DNA of 64,000 nucleotides, taken from the NCBI RefSeq assembly GCF_006345805.1, contig NC_043009.1, positions 16,120,001 to 16,184,000 on the forward strand. Direction: 5' to 3'. The position numbers and the translations under genes are program-made. Position 1 is the first letter of the stretch. Every line of letters begins with the position of its first letter. The stretch is from Octopus sinensis (lineage: Eukaryota). Positions 1 through 11,104 of the stretch are shown here, one piece after another. A model generated the notes under the pieces. The model did no database searches. It worked only from the letters and a program-made list of their open reading frames with translations, and had not been told where the DNA came from.

Positions 1-37
1 GTATCTGTGTCCACACGCACGAACAGACACATATATA

Positions 38-164
<127 letters not shown>

Positions 165-789
165 TATATATATACAGAAAGACAGAGTGAGATACATGGA
201 AGACAGGCAAATAGATACATACGTATGTACATTTACATAAATATGCATATAAGCACATGCATATACCTTCGTATGTACTTTTATATGTGTTTATAAATGT
301 ATATTTGTACACACACACGCATATATATATATAAATAAATAGAAAGAGAGAGAGAGACATAATAAGGGTGAAAAATTGAATATTTGTATATATATTTAAA
401 TCTAAATAACCATGTTCTATAACCGGCAGGATTCAATGTAGAAAATAATTTTTCTGCAGAGATATTTCCGGTTTTTGGCGCGCCCAAACGAAAACATTTT
501 AACTATACTCCCAAATATAATTTTTTCTATCTCGTGTGGACGTCTCGTGTATAGTTCTGCATATTATATTTTGCTATGACGGTCACACTGATGAATTGCG
601 GACATTTCCGTATGTAAATATGTAAATGGTAACAATGAAACTTGATATGTGACTAATCATATTTTCTGTCTTGTCATTTGCCTTGCTCGCTTACGTTCTG
701 GCGTTTGCTGAATTTTCTTGAGAACAATCTTTTCTTAGTGGTCAGACTATATGAGGTCTACATCTAGTATATCGGATGCCCACTTAGTG

Positions 790-983
790 GTGATCTGACG
801 CCATGATAGATCGTTAGCCACTACACACATTTTTTTCTTTCCTTGTTCTCTGTCCCTTTCTGTAGAAGAGCGTATGCTCGAAACGTAAAAGACTTTTTCT
901 ATTCTTGAGCGTTATACTAATACATCTGTTTGTTTTGTACACCACCTGGCTTCGTCTTTTGTTTTTTTTTTTTAGTAAACTCT

Positions 984-990
<7 letters not shown>
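790..990 (+). mobile_element. Penelope-like terminal-repeat fragment with degenerate hammerhead motif
   Basis: cttt-CTGTAGA-a-gagc-gtat-gctc-GAAA-cgt-a-aaag at 856-891. Confidence 0.5.
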
Positions 991-1024
<34 letters not shown>

Positions 1025-1137
1025 TACAAGTCCTGTACATTGTCCTAAGCGCTGGACTTGTACTAATTTCCTCGACTCTGAAAGGACGAAAGGCAAATGC
1101 AACCTCGTTTGAATTCGAACTCAGAAAGCAAAGCCGA

Positions 1138-1379
1138 GAAGAAATACCTATTTCTTTATTACCCACAAGGGGCTAAACACAGAGGGGACAAACAAGGACA
1201 GACATAGGTATTAAGTCGATTACATCGACCCCAGTGCGTAACTGGTACTTAATTTATCGACCGTGAAAGGATGAAAGGCAAAGTCGACTTCGGCGGAATT
1301 TGAACTTACAAGGTAACGACAGACGAAATACGGCTACGCATTTCGCCCGGCGTGCTAACGTTTCTGCCAGCTCGCCGCC
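1138..1379 (-). mobile_element. tRNA-derived SINE, family A (octopus-type)
   Basis: 5' ggcggcgagctggcagaaacg (A box) and gagttcaaattcc-type B box. Body shared with many copies in the window. A partial copy adjoins at ~1040-1137. Confidence 0.85.
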
Positions 1380-1814
1380 GAGAAGAAATACCGCTAAGCA
1401 TTTTGTCTGGTTTGCTTACGATCATACCACGTTGTCATTCTCTACACAAACTCCATAATACAAACAATAATCCTTTTAAAATACTGTAATGTATGTAAAT
1501 AATTCATGTGTGCCTGAAGAAGATGAAGATTTGGGATCAAGAAGTAATCTTTATTTTCATATTGCAATTATCTTCCTTGCCTCGGATTATTTCAATATTC
1601 CATCAGCTTTTATGCAGCAATATGGAATCTAGAATTAATCCGTGTGAAAAGTAACAATCTGGACAGCCGCTGACGTCATACTACTGCAGTTCTTCGTAAC
1701 CGAAAAGAATCACTAACCGAACACACTCAGTAATGGTTGTTGTAGTCACGTAGTGGACTAAGAACTTTCTACGACCAATCGTGCTGCTGCTGAAGCTGCT
1801 ATTCAAACAGCAGT

Positions 1815-1852
<38 letters not shown>

Positions 1853-1868
1853 ATGTTATTATTAGTAA

Positions 1869-2265
1869 GACGGCGAGCTGCCAGAAACGTTAGCACGCCA
1901 GGCGAAATGCTTAGTGGTATTTCGTCTGCCGTTACGTTCTGAGTTCAAATTCCGCCGAGGTCGACTTTGCCTTTCATCCTTTGCAGGTCGATAAATAAAG
2001 TACCAATTACGCACTGGGGTCGATATAATCGACCTCATCCATTTGTCTGTCCTTGTTTGTCCTCTCTGTGTTTAGCCCCTTGTGGGTGGTAAAAAATAGG
2101 TATTTTGTCTATCTTTATGTTCTGAGTTCAAATTCCGTTGAGGTCGACTTTGCATTTCATCCTTTCGGATCGATAAAATAAGTACCAGTTGCATACAGGA
2201 GTCGATCTAATTGACTGGCCCCGTCCCTCCAAATTTCGGACCTTATGCCTAGAGAAGAAAAGATT
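1869..2265 (+). mobile_element. tRNA-derived SINE family A, full copy plus adjoining partial copy
   Basis: A box ctgccagaaacg, B box gagttcaaattcc, and a repeated body from ~2105. Confidence 0.85.
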
Positions 2266-2405
2266 ATTACTACTACAGCGACGACGATGACAACAATAAT
2301 AGTAATAGTTTCTATCATAGGCAAAATACCTGAAATATTCAGAAGGTTATTTGAACTCAGAACTCATTTTGTCTGGCAGTCTAACGAGTCTGCTGTCTCG
2401 CCGCC

Positions 2406-2460
<55 letters not shown>

Positions 2461-2495
2461 TGATGATAATAATAATAATAATAATGATAAGGATG

Positions 2496-2551
<56 letters not shown>

Positions 2552-2552
2552 T

Positions 2553-2812
2553 TCGTTCAACGTCCTTAAACAACCCTTATTCAGGGACCTTTTGAGCGGG
2601 ATGGGTTACTCGATCTGAAGAAAATTTTAACTGGGCTCCACCTGCAAGATCATGTGCTGTTTATCTTGATATGAGATCACCATGTCGCGCACATATGGTT
2701 GTGATGCATGTGCCTGGTGTAACCTTATCAGACGGGTAGTCATGATGGGTATACTGGGCTTCGTATATTTTACCCCAGTGTCACTTTGATGGCATGCTCT
2801 GCTCGCTCACTC

Positions 2813-2813
<1 letters not shown>
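2553..2813 (+). mobile_element. 5'-truncated copy of a ~555 bp (TAA)n-flanked non-autonomous element (family C)
   Basis: Near-identical to 28317-28577, ends ...gctcgctcactc(aat)n and sits between two (TAA)n arrays. Confidence 0.85.
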
Positions 2814-2844
<31 letters not shown>

Positions 2845-2849
2845 TAATT

Positions 2850-4667
2850 GCGTTGCAATTAGACAATTACCTACATAGCTGTACAGTTAATGAAAGATTG
2901 GTCAAATAGCAATGAGATTAGCAATTACCGACCCATTGCTTTCTTAACCTCTTATGGAAAGTATTAACAGGTACCCTCGCAGGGAAAATATATACGTTCC
3001 TTGCGGAAAACAATCGTCTGCCAGTAGAAGAAAAGGGGTGCTGAAAAGGATCCAAGGGCACCAAGGACCACCTTGTGATAGATAAGGTTTTAATGAAGAA
3101 CTGTAAACGGTAGCAAATATCTTATGCGTGGCCTGGATAGACTTCAAAAAGGCTTACGACATGTTGGAGCATTCGTGGATTTTGGAAACACTCGACATGT
3201 GTGGAATAGCTGAGAACGTGTTGGAAAACACGTCTTTCCTGTAAGAACCAGTACTTAGCCGAGGTAACAACAAAAAGAGTTATGTTCCAGAGAGATTCTT
3301 ATTCACCTCTGTTGTTTGTTATAGCCTTGATCCCACTTTCTGTAATTCTACATAAAATCAACGTGCACTATGGGTTGAGAAAGAACGGACCTCGTCTCAA
3401 ATACCTTCTCTTCATGAATAATTTAAAACTGTTCACAAAAATAGAGCCTAAAATGGAGAGGCTGGTTGAGACTGTCCAAATGAGCAGCAAGGATATTGGG
3501 ATGGAATTTGGGATTTTGAAGTGTGCGGCGCTTACTTTGAAGCAGAGGGGTAAAGAGTAAATTGTAGGGGCATAGAATTGCCAAACGGAGAGAGAATGGA
3601 AGGCTCGGATGATGATGGATACAATTACTTTGGGATCCTGGAGCTGGACAATAACTTACACAGAGAAATGAAAGACAAGATCATGACTGCATATTCCAAT
3701 CGCCTCAAACTTCTCTTGAAATCAAATCTCAACTCAAGGAACCTTGAGATTGTGCTATTAACATATGGGCTGTTGCTGTGGCCCACTATAATGCACCCGT
3801 CTTGAGATGGATACAAGCAGAGATTAACCAACTTGATTGCACTGCCCGAAAGAAAATTACAATGCATGGTCACCTCCACCCTAAGGAAAATGTACACAGG
3901 ATCTACATGAAGAGAGGTAAGGGCGGACGTGGATTGATTAGCGTATGGGTTTGCATCAAAAGTGAAAGGAAAACATGGCAGAATATTTGGTAAACAGCAA
4001 AGAAGACCTGCTACAGTACGCTGCTAGTGCAGTAGGAGTTAACAAAAATGGACTTGATAGTGCTCATGAATTCCGAACAAGAGCAGTCAACGAGAGAGAA
4101 GAAAGCCTACTCCGTATGGAATTACATGGTCAGTTCCATCGTGAAACCAACAAATTAAAAGACTAGGAAGCATCATGGAGGTGGCTCAACAAGAATGACA
4201 TAAATAAAATACTGAAAGCCTAATCATCGCGGCACAGGATCAGGCATTGAATACCAACTCAGTGTTAGAGTACCGAAGGCCGAATATAGTAACCTTTAGT
4301 AGTAGTGACTAGCAAGAGTGCCTAATAATCGACCTATCATAAATGAAAGAGAAAAGGTTGAAAAATATGGAAACTTGAGAATTCAGATCACTAAGATGTG
4401 GCAGCTACGAGAGTCTAACATAAAGGTTATCCATATTGTCATCGGAGCATTGGGTTCAATATCACCCAATCTGAAAAAAATCTGGAAACCTTAGAGATAC
4501 ACTACAATCTAGATGTATTGCAAAAGTCGGCATTACTTGGAACAGTACGCATATTGCGTAAAGTACTGTCTGTCTGAGGTCTTTGTTCTGACTTGACAAA
4601 TAGTACAAACCCCCGGTAAACACAATATCTTCAATTAGCAACCTCACGATATTACATCCTGTACGAC

Positions 4668-4670
<3 letters not shown>
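2850..4670 (+). mobile_element. 5'-truncated, degenerate R4/Dong-like RLE non-LTR retrotransposon (copy 1)
   Basis: Fragmented RT motifs AWIDFKKAYD, FQRDSYSPLLF, LLFMNNLKLF and DIGMEFG-KC. Downstream IIAAQDQAL, EKVEKY, IVIGALG and LQKSALLGT. Flanked on both sides by (TAA)n. Confidence 0.85.
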
Positions 4671-4705
<35 letters not shown>

Positions 4706-4744
4706 CAACAATAGTAACCCTTTCTACTGGAGGAACAAGGCTTC

Positions 4745-5114
4745 ACATTTGAAGGGAAGGGGCCAGTCGACGAAATTAACCCCAGTATTTCACTGGTACT
4801 TAGTTTATCGACCCCGAAAGGATGAAAAGCAAAGTTGACCTCGGCGGAATTTGAACTCTGAACGTAGCGACGGGCGAAATACCTATTTCTTTACTACCCA
4901 CAAAGGGCTAAGCACAGAGAGGGTAAACAAGGACAGACAAACGGATTAAGTCGATTATATTGACCCCAGTGCGTAACTGGAACTTAATTTATCGACCGCG
5001 AAAGGATGAAAGGCAAAGTCGACCTGGGCGGAATTTGAACTCAGAACGTAGCGGCAGACAAAATACTGCTGAGCATTTCGCCCGGCGTGCTAACGTTTCT
5101 GCCAGCTCGCCGCC
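4745..5114 (-). mobile_element. tRNA-derived SINE family A, full copy plus partial copy
   Basis: Reverse complement of the family A sequence, with ctgccagctcgccgcc at the right end. Confidence 0.85.
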
Positions 5115-5117
5115 TTT

Positions 5118-5133
5118 AATAATAATAATAATA

Positions 5134-5168
<35 letters not shown>

Positions 5169-5229
5169 GTAATAGTAATAATAATAATAATAATAGTAAT
5201 AGTAATAGTAATAATAATAATAATAATAA

Positions 5230-5260
<31 letters not shown>

Positions 5261-5338
5261 AAGAAGAAGAAGAAGAAGAAGAAGAAGAAGAAGAAGAAGA
5301 AGAAGAAGAAGAAGAAGAAGAAGAAGAAGAAGAAGAAT
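5118..5338. repeat. Compound (TAA/TAG)n-(GAA)n microsatellite
   Basis: Direct reading. Confidence 0.95.
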
Positions 5339-5339
5339 G

Positions 5340-7100
5340 AAAGTATGAAACTTTGGAATACTGAATCGATCGAAGAAAAACTAAAAACTCGGAAAAATAA
5401 ACATCAGACATGGAATATTCCAAGGTGATAGCATATCTCTATGGCAATTCATATTGGCCATAACACTGCTCACTATGAATCAACGAAAAGTTGAAGTTGC
5501 TTACGATTTGGGAAAAGGAAATGGTCAGATAAAATCATCTCCTTTTCATGGGTGATATAAAGGTTTATGCGAAAAATGAGAAACTGGTTGAATGTCTCGT
5601 GCATACTACCCGCATTTTCTCAAATGACGTAGGTAAGCAATTTGGGATAGAAAAGCGCGCTATATTGAAAGTGCAACGAGGAATATTTGAAAGAAGCCAG
5701 GGAATCGAATTACCATACGGGCAAACAATGAGAGCAGAGAAAGGACAGTGGTATAAGTACTTGGGAATGCTGGAAGGAGACGAAATTTTTTAAAAAATTA
5801 AGAAATGAAACAAATTACCGATAGGGAGTCCACAAGGAGAGTAAATTATTGCATTCAAAGCTGAATTCAAAACATCTTATCGAAGTATTCAATTCATGAG
5901 CAGTACCTTAATCAGATATGGTGTTGAAATTATAGACTGGGCCACAAATGATATAAAGAAACTTGACAGAAAAACAAGAAAGTTGTTGACAATGTGTGGA
6001 ACCCACCACCCGAAAGCTGACATTAACCGGCTGTACACGAAGAAAGACCAGGGTGGAAGAGGCTTAACAGCTGTCGAAGAATGTGTACAAAGGGAAAGAA
6101 AAAGCCTAGCAAAGTACTTACAGAGCAACACAGAAAAATATTAAAGGCAGTAAATAAAGAATAGTTGATCAAGCGCGTAATAGGAGAAAAGGACAAGAAT
6201 GAAATACAATGGGAGCACGTCAGACAGATTGAAGGGAAACCTCTGCATGGCCAATTTTGGAGAGCCACCGAAGATGTATGAGGATCATATTCCAGGGCTT
6301 GGTTAAAAATGTGCAATTAAAAAAAGAAACAGAGAGCCTAATTGTTGCAATCCAAGGTCAAGCGATAAAAACAAAGATCTTGAGAAAATATGTATATATG
6401 GAGAGAATGTGGCAGAAAAATGTCGAGCCTGTGGAACTTGGAACGAGACAGTATCACACATTATGAAAGAATATAAGAAATGGAGACACGACCAGGACGT
6501 AATGGCTTTACACTGGAAACTGTCAAGAATGAGGATTTGAACCCGGAAACACATGGTATAATCATCGAGTCGAAAGAGTACTGGAGTCGAAGAAATTAAA
6601 GATTTTGTGGGACTTCCCTATACAAATGGTTGTGCCACCATTTCTTATATTCTTTCATTATGTGTGCTACTGTCTCGTTCCAAGTTCCACAGGCTCTTCA
6701 TTTTAGGTAAAGCGAGGACGCTTCCTGTTCGACTCATCATGTCCGTTTGATTCCAGGATCGTAAAGAAAGAGAACGAAAGACAAAAAAAATATAATCCCT
6801 TTGAATTTGAAATAGAAAGAATTTGGACCATTAAAACAGTAAAGGTCGTTCCAATAATAATTGCTACACTGAGAACAATAAGCTAAGATGTAGACAAATG
6901 GCTGAAGGAGATTGGAATAGAATTCCCGGTAGAGCTCCTTCAGAAAGTTTGTCTTTTAAAGATAGCAATGATTATCAGGAGGCTTCTAAGCACTTGAAAG
7001 ACAGCTGAAAACTTGTGGATACCTAAGGTTGCAGGTAGTAACCCGCTAGCTACATAAATCCTACCAAGAATAAGACCAAACCTGAGCCAAACCAAAATAA
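5340..7100 (+). mobile_element. 5'-truncated, degenerate R4/Dong-like RLE non-LTR retrotransposon (copy 2, different subfamily)
   Basis: Motifs GIFQGDS, FMGDIKVY, QFGIEK, YKYLG, KLDRKTRK, GGRGL, KETESLIVAIQ, CRAC-ETVSHI knuckle, LWDFPIQ and CPFD-RI-KE-E-KY. Preceded by (TAA)n(GAA)n. Confidence 0.85.
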
Positions 7101-10100
7101 TATTTTTTCTCCAGTAAATGCTCTGTCATTTGTGAGGCCCTTTTGCCACCTCTTCCCTGAAGCAGTTTGTGGGTGTTAATTCCCCCATAAGTTATGACGA
7201 AAACAGAAACAGTTGAATGTAAAATAAAATTTCAATTATGCCTTTAAGAGTACAGTTAGGCGGATGTCTCACCAAAGTGGAGCAGGGGTTCTTATTTACA
7301 GAACAAAAATATTTTACGATAAACAAGTTTTTCTATAAATTCTGAGACAATGTAAACATGTGTGAACGGAGTAATAATAGATTCAAATTTTGGCACAAGG
7401 CCAATAATTTCGGGGAAGGGGTTGAGTTGATTACATCCACTGCAGTTTTCAAATGGTACTTATTTTATCGACCCCGAAAGGATGAATGGTAAAGTTAGCA
7501 TCGGCAGAATTTGAACTCAGAATGTAAAGCCGGAAGAAATTTCGCTAAGCGTTTTGTCCAGAGTGCTCACGGTTCTGCCAGCTCACATCCGTAGAAATAG
7601 CGCTTAGTGCGGAAGCTGATAACCAAAAGAAATTTGTATAGATTAAATTATTTTGAACAGTGTAATTTACAGAAATGTTTGACTAAGGGTTCAAATGCTG
7701 GAAGAGAAAACATCTTTGAAAACTGTTTTCTTTCTTAATCATTTCTTATTCGTTTCACCGTCAGAATTATTTATTTCCATCTTGACATCAAGAAGAGAAT
7801 GTGTTTACATGGTGATACATGCAACTGTTGATAAGAAAACACAGGTTCACTTCTCTTTGTCATTCATTTGGGATTGTGTAATCCAAAAATATTCAAAAAA
7901 TATGCTGCTTATTGTCAATGCTGTACATAACTGGACTATCAAAAGAAATTGAAGATATAATCTATCCAAAATGTTATTTTGCTTCAACAAATTTTGGGCT
8001 GTATTATGTTCTTTGGCTTGAAACTAGAATCTCAGTAAATATTGTTAGCTGTATATTACATTTAATTAAAAGTATCAACTTGCCATTCAAGTGTCTGACA
8101 AATAATAGAAGTATTATGTTATGCTTATTATTATATCTTCTATGTAATTCTATAGGTAATCATTCGTTGCTTTAGGAATGATACGTTGGTATCTATAATA
8201 GATTTTGTCTTGATTTCGTTCGATCGTTTATCAGTCAAACATCTTATAGATAACTTTCAAGAATATAATAGGTTATGCCTTTATAGTATCGCATGTTTAA
8301 AACCTTACATTCGTAGACCGTAGCGGAACAATATTATGTTTAGGTTTCATTAGCAGAATGAGAGAATCGAAAGAGCGTCGGAATATATCTTGCGATATTT
8401 ATTACTTCTCGCTCTAGGTTTTCAGTTCAATGCTCGCTGCAGTCAACCTTCATCACTTCGGAGTCAATAAATTACCAGTCAAGTATTGAAACCGATGATC
8501 TCGACTAACTCTTTTACTTAAAATTACAGACGTTGTACCTACACTACAAACAATATATTATACATGTTTTCATCTTCGTTTTTTTTTTGTTTTGTTTTGT
8601 TTTTTACCCAGAACAAAAATCTTCGGATGGAGAGGTGGCCAGTTTAATTGATCACTTTACATGAATTGTTTTCGAGTAGAGCTGAAATATAAAGTTTGTC
8701 CAAGTGTGGTTTGAACTCAGAACGTAAAGTTTTATTTCCACTGCTCTGCCAATTCTTCCACCCTTCAGACTTTATATTGATTCTTTCTGCTATAGTCACA
8801 AGTACTGAAATTTGTTTGGAGGAGGCTAGTCTTTATCATTCACTCCAGTGCTCGACCGGTACCTATTTTATGCACTCCGAGAGGATGATGGTCACAGTTG
8901 ATCTCGGCAGTATTTGAACTCAGAATTCAGAAACAATGATTTTGATATTTTAAAATTTAGTATAATTGAAGAATTAAAAACCGTAGAAGAATTTAGCATG
9001 GACCACCTAATGTACTTCCAAAAATTAGACTCAATAATAAGAGAGCAACAAGAATGTAAAAATATATAAAAACATCTATCACAGACGTAATGGCAACAGG
9101 AGCTAACGACAATATCACCAGTCTCTGTAGCGTCAAAGGAAAGTGGAGACACCTTCAAATGCACCCAGATAGGAGTATCTAAACATAAACAGACGATGTG
9201 GGGAAATAATGGTAATGCATAATGTAGTAACAATGCGACAGCTTTCTTGCCAGTTAGGTCGACTAGATTCGTATCTCTACCTAACTAGCATATTTTACAT
9301 GAAACTTTGAAGTATTTATAATAACAGTAATTTTGGAAAACATAAGCAGCCAGAGTTAATAGTTATAAATGATTAATAAAAACCCGTGAGAAATAATTGT
9401 GGAAACTGCCTTTAATTTATAGCAAAGAAGAAAAACAATGCCTGGAATATTCCTAACTTTCTGTTATGTCATCATAGCAGATTTAAACTAAAAGCAATCG
9501 AAAGTACTGAGCATATCTTAACTAGGCAGCAGAGAGCTGAGAAAAAATATGAGACAAGATGTGGTGGATATTAGCAGAAGACATCAAGACTGTTATTCAG
9601 GAAAGTAACAGATATTGGCCCGGAATGCAATGTAACAATCATTTATGTCCGTTAAAAATGTTTCTCGTGACAAGGACGGTTTCTAGCTGAACCTCGTGGC
9701 ATAAATCTGTCTAGAGAAACATTGCTATAATAATAACGACACCATTCATTGTAATAATGGTCCAGCTGCATGTATGAAATCAATAGCTAGATTTCAGTAA
9801 TCGCAACTTGATATACCGTTTCCTAACGGAAACTGGTATTTCATATAACATGTTTTTTTTTCTCTCTCTCTCTCTCTCTCTCATTCTTTATTTCTTTCTC
9901 TCTCTCTCTCTCTCTCTCCCGCTCTTCCCTTTTAACTTTACACCATGCTTTTGAACATTTGGTCGGATTGATTCGTCCTGCATCCAATGTATTAACACCT
10001 ACACTGAGCCAGAAAAGACTCAAGAATTGCTAAGCGATGCTGGTGATTCTTAACGTTGATCATCTGACGAAAACAAGAGCTTTAAAAAATATCTATGTCT

Positions 10101-11104
10101 GAAAGCTCTTAAGAAGATTACAGTTCCGTTAATCCTAGATCTAGTGTTATAATATTTTTTCACTTCTAAAAGGATCTTCATATGTCTGTTGATAAAGAAA
10201 AAAGACGTGAAAAGAAGCTTTAACATTTCTTAGTTAAAAGTGTATACTTCCATACATTTTTATGAATTAATGCAGTTTTCTTTGCTAAATATAAATGGCG
10301 ATTGCAGGTAGAGCTCATTCTCTTTCTCTACTACCTCTCTCTCTCTCTCTCCCTCTATCTATCTATCACTATCTCTTTATCTATCTATCTATCATCCTCG
10401 CTCCTCCTCTCTCTCTCTCTTTCTCTCGTGTATACATGCGTATAGGTACAAAGTTAAGTAGGTATGTATGTATGTAGGTAGGTAGGTAGGTAGGTAGGTA
10501 GTGACGGTTATTCTTTAAATCTCTATTATCCAATGCTCCACATACGTAAAACACATCTCATCCTTCAGATACTGTCCGTCTAAGAGGTCACTTGAACCAA
10601 CTACATCAGAAGGATCAGACATACTCCGACGGCTGTAAAACTCTGGGTGATACACGTTCAAATCCAAAATTGTTGATATAGATATTAAATTATACGAGAT
10701 TAAATGTCTGTATCTCTTCGTCGTTTCGCTTGTACACCCACACGTTTATCTATATATATATGTATATATATATATATAATTGAGTAGTTGAATGAATTAT
10801 CTTATTATGGATAATTCGGTTAACCGATACCTGGGTAGCAAATATTCACGTCAGAAAAACACGGTTGAAGCTACATGCCTAGGGCAGAGATCAAGTGCTA
10901 TCGTGTGGAAATTTGTGTTTTTTTTTAAATACAAATAAATGAAAGAATGGAGTTGAACGACGAATTAACAAAATTCCTTTATTTTATTTTCGACATATGT
11001 TTCGAAGGCTGCATATTCCTAATTTCGAAGGAATAAGGGGTGCATTATGCCGCCTTCTCAAGTGCAAGGAACTTATGTCAGCATCAAGATGCACAAAAAA
11101 AACT

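Noticed and set aside
1869-1960. tRNA genes
   Set aside because: The A/B boxes belong to SINE heads, and there is no complete cloverleaf.
10540-10650. Phase-compatible open segment after gttttacag (RRSMSDPSDVV...) as a candidate final exon
   Set aside because: It has no WW/Cys or hydrophobic M4 helix, and the length is compatible with chance.
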